DNA from: Dehalococcoidia bacterium
Lineage (GTDB): Bacteria > Chloroflexota > Dehalococcoidia > UBA2979
DNA: 64,000 nucleotides
Reading direction: 5' to 3'
Assembly (NCBI GenBank): GCA_965219085.1
Contig: OZ244720.1
Span: 3,008,001-3,072,000, forward strand
Numbering within the stretch: the first letter of the stretch is position 1; every line of letters starts with the position of its first letter. The position numbers and the translations under genes are program-made. Below, piece by piece: positions 60,725 to 64,000 of this stretch. The notes beneath the pieces are model-generated. The model worked only from the letters and a program-made list of their open reading frames with translations. It was not told where the DNA came from and made no database searches.

Positions 60725-63660
60725 ATGAGGCGCTGGGTCCTCGCCATTGCTCTCCTCGGTTTGCTGCTCGCCGGATGCCCGGGTGACGACGAAGGGTCTC
60801 CACCCTCTGCCGGTGTGCCTGCGGCCACTCCGGACGCAGTGGTGACACGCACCGCACCCTCTCCATCGCCCACGGTCGCACCGTCACCCGAAGGCACGTC
60901 CACCCCGACGGCTGCGCCGACGCTGACACCGACGCCCGAGGTCACACCGTCGCCCGCGGCAACACCAACCTCGACGCCCACGGCAGCGGCTAGGGCTGCG
61001 GTCACACCGTCACCTCCAGCCGCGGCCCCGCCTGCGCCGTCGGCCACGGCAAGACCCGCCCCGACGGCGACGACGGAGCCCGCGCCGACGCCGGCAGCTG
61101 CGTCGGGGCCGTTCGCGGCGTTCGGTGATGGTACGTTCCTCGTCGGCTCCGAGATTGCACCCGGCCGCTACCGCACGACCTCGGCCTCGCCCGACTGCAC
61201 GTGGCAGATCTCGAGGATGACCCGGTACGCATCGACGGTTAGCGGCGACCGCCCGATCGTCGACCTCGAGGCCTCGCTCACGAGCTTCACCAGCAGCGGT
61301 TGCGGGACGTGGACGAACGACCTGAGCCCGTCATCACGCCGGGGGACCCCTTCGGGGCGGGCATGTTCTTCGTTGGGCCCGAGATCGCGCCCGGCCGCTA
61401 CCGCGCGACCGTGGCCACGCAGAGCTGTGAGTGGGCGCTGTTCCGGTACGCATTCAAGCCGGACAGCAGGAGCACCCCTGGAATCTTCGCGGAGGGTCAC
61501 TCGCTGACCGTGGTCGATATCACCGAGCGGGATACCGGGTTCCTCAGCAGCGGCTGCGGCGAGTGGACGGCCGACCTGACGCCGGTCATCGAGCGGGGAG
61601 CACCCTTCGGCGCGGGCACGTTCCTCGTCGATTCCGAGGCGCCGCCCGGGCGCTACTACGCGACCTTGCCTCTGGACGCGTGCACGTGGGTGCTGATATT
61701 CGACTTCGCGAGGACGCCCGGATGGTCCGAGCACGGCACGCGCCCGATCGTCGACATCGAGCCGTCGCATGTCGGGTTCGCGAGTGCCGGCTGCGGAAAG
61801 TGGTCCTCCGATCCCGGCCCTCGCGCCCAGGTGGCCACAACGTTTGGCGACGGGACGTTCGTCGTTGGGATCGATGTCGCACCCGGGCGCTACAGGTCCG
61901 TCTCGTCCTCGGATGAGTGTGCCTGGCAACGGCTGCGCAGGTTCGGCAGAGAGGTCTACGGCAGGTCCGACGACCACATCATCGGCTGGGGAGGCGGCTT
62001 CATCCTGTACGTCGATATCGCGCCAACCGACGCTGGATTCGTGAGCGTTGGGTGCGGGACGTGGTCACCGGACCTCACGCCACGGATCACGCCCGGCCAG
62101 CCGTTCGGGCAGGGCACGTACCTCGTCGGCACGGAGGTGGCGCCCGGGCGCTCCCGGGCCGCCGAGCCCACTCGCGAGTGCCAGTGGTGGCGGTTGAGCG
62201 GATTCGGCGGCGAGTACTTCGACACCGGAGACGTGATGCTGCTGGATGCCCTCATCGACAGCGGATACGTCGAGGAGGGTGCCGCGATTGCCGAAATCGC
62301 GCCCGGTGATGCTGCCTTCCTCAGCTTCGGCTGTGGCGTGTGGACCACCGACTTCACGCCGCGCGTGTCGCCCGGGCAGCCGTTCGGGGGCGGTACGTTC
62401 CTCGTGGGCCCGGAGATCGCGCCCGGACGCTACCGCGCGGCCCTGCAGCCGGATCGGGCATGCCACTGGCGGCGGCTGAGCGGGTTCAGCGGGTTCTGGT
62501 CGTCGCAGCTCGGATACGAGCGCGTGGAGTCCGGGCACGCGATCGTCGATATCGCGCCCTCGGATGTCGGCTTCTCCAGCCGCGGCTGCTACGACTGGTC
62601 GATCGATCAGGGAGACGGCCACCTGCCGAGGACGTCATTCGGGGAAGGCACGTACGTCGTTGGCTCCGGTGTGGCGCCGGGCCGTTATCGGACTCGTTCG
62701 GCGCGCTGGTGCAGTTGGGAGCGCCTCAGCGGGTTCGGAGGATCCGCGGATGACATCCTCGCTGCTGCCTCGGCGAACCAGCGCTTCGGCGCAACCATCG
62801 TCGATATCAAACCATCGGACGCCGGGTTTTACAGCTCTGGTTGTGGGACCTGGTCACGCGATCTCTCGTCCGAGGTCACGCCCGGAGGGTCATTCGGCGA
62901 CGGGACGTACTTCGTCGGTCGGGAAGTCCAGCCGGGCCGCTACCAGACGTCCACGGCCGCCGCGTGCACCTGGAGGCGGCTGGCCGGGTTCGGCGGCACC
63001 GACCGCGACCTGGTCGAGTTCGTGCGCGTCGGTAAGTATGCGGGTTCCGCCATCGTGGACATCGCGCCGTCGGATGTCGGCTTCTTCAGCTACGGCTGCG
63101 GCTCCTGGTCACCGGTCACGGGCGCTCCCGAGCCGGTCATCGCTACTCCCGCGCCGGCCCCGACGCCCGCGCCGCCACCTGCGTCGATCGCCCGTGTCGG
63201 CGACGGCACGCACGTGGTAGGGACGGACATCCCGGCGGGGCGCTACCGTGCTGCCTCGCCGTCGGCTGCCTGTGCATGGGCGCTGCGTCGTGGAAGCAGC
63301 AGTTCCGGCGACGCGGACGGTGCCGTCACGATCCTCGATATCGAGGAGTGGGACAGGGAGTTCAGCACCAACGGCTGCGGGACCTGGACCAACGATCTGA
63401 CCCCGGTCGTCACGCCCGGGCAGCCGTTCGGCGACGGTACGTACTTCGTCGGTTCCGAGGTCGCGCCCGGCCGTTACCAAGCCTCGGATCCGGCGTCGTG
63501 CCACTGGATACGCTTGACGGCGTTCGGGGAATACTCGCGCAGTGGCGGCGCCATGCAGGTGCGGTACGGTCCGGGGGGCGGACCCGGCATCGCCGACATC
63601 GCAGCCACGGACGCAGGCTTCTACAGCCGCAACTGCGGAAGATGGACGCGCGTCCCGTAG
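60725..63660 (+). CDS. Lipoprotein with ten tandem ~75-95 aa Cys-paired repeats; frameshift near 61328
   Basis: Lipobox LAGC, Pro/Thr linker, then 10 x (FGxGT.xVGxE/DxAPGRY..CxW..IVDI...F.SxGCGxW); ORFs 60725-61507 and 61300-63660 join with one added base. Confidence 0.85.
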
Positions 63661-63892
63661 TCGTACGGCCGGTTATGTCGAGGGCAGTAGAGGTTTAGGC
63701 TCAGTTGGCCCTGCTGCACATAATGGTAGTAGTGCGACGTGGAAGCGTCGCGCTTCCCAGTGGACACCTGCTGCGGCGCGAGCGCTCCGATCCGGGGCTG
63801 ACGCGGGCGCGCCGATGGGCACAGTCCCCTCGGGGACGCTCCCAGCGCGCGCGCCCGCTGTCTGTGGTGCAGGGTGCTCCAGGAGCTTGCGC

Positions 63893-64000
63893 ATGCGCTC
63901 GAACTTCGCGCAGACCACTCTCGCCAGTGTCCTCGCCGTCGTCACGGTCGTGCTGCTGGTCGTCGCCGGGTTCCTTGCGCGTGTCGTGACGGAGGGCGAC
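63893..64000 (+). CDS. Start of a membrane-anchored or secreted protein (runs off window edge)
   Basis: AGGAG RBS at 63881; MRSNFAQTTLASVLAVVTVVLLVVAGFLARVVTEGD. Confidence 0.6.
   Translation, partial: MRSNFAQTTLASVLAVVTVVLLVVAGFLARVVTEGD

Noticed and set aside
60400-61100. Pro/Thr codon repeats (ACGCCG-like)
   Set aside because: Explained by lipoprotein linker regions; not a DNA-level repeat element
60725-63660. Diversity-generating retroelement target
   Set aside because: No reverse transcriptase and no TR/VR pair with adenine-specific mismatches; repeats differ by indels and at all bases

Overview
High-GC (about 70% by eye) bacterial chromosomal window, mostly housekeeping and catabolic genes: purD (partial), guaA, tsaC, pgk-apgM-tpiA-miaA-dapF-dapL, addBA, typA, hflX, korAB and bcp. 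It also carries a form II coxG-S-L-M cluster, a second molybdenum-hydroxylase operon with two tandem large subunits, two enoyl-CoA hydratases, an LLM oxidoreductase and two MFS transporters. The gene content suggests Chloroflexota/Dehalococcoidia (inference only). Small cassettes interrupt the backbone: three toxin-antitoxin loci, a Ser/Thr kinase divergent from addBA, a RelE-like/UvrD helicase fusion, a Uma2 nuclease, an SRPBCC gene and an antisense peptide/3-TM pair. I found no integrase, transposase, tRNA, rRNA or CRISPR array. The strongest unexplained signals are: (1) an orphan, synonymously diverged 93-bp copy of the typA 3' end that brackets the SRPBCC gene; (2) a lipoprotein of ten Cys-paired repeats with variable central loops; (3) the RelE-helicase fusion coupled to a PTPS-III-type gene; (4) probable non-canonical ATC/CTG starts on hflX, typA and miaA. 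Several 1-base frameshifts look like long-read assembly errors. All family assignments come from reading motifs by eye; no searches were run.
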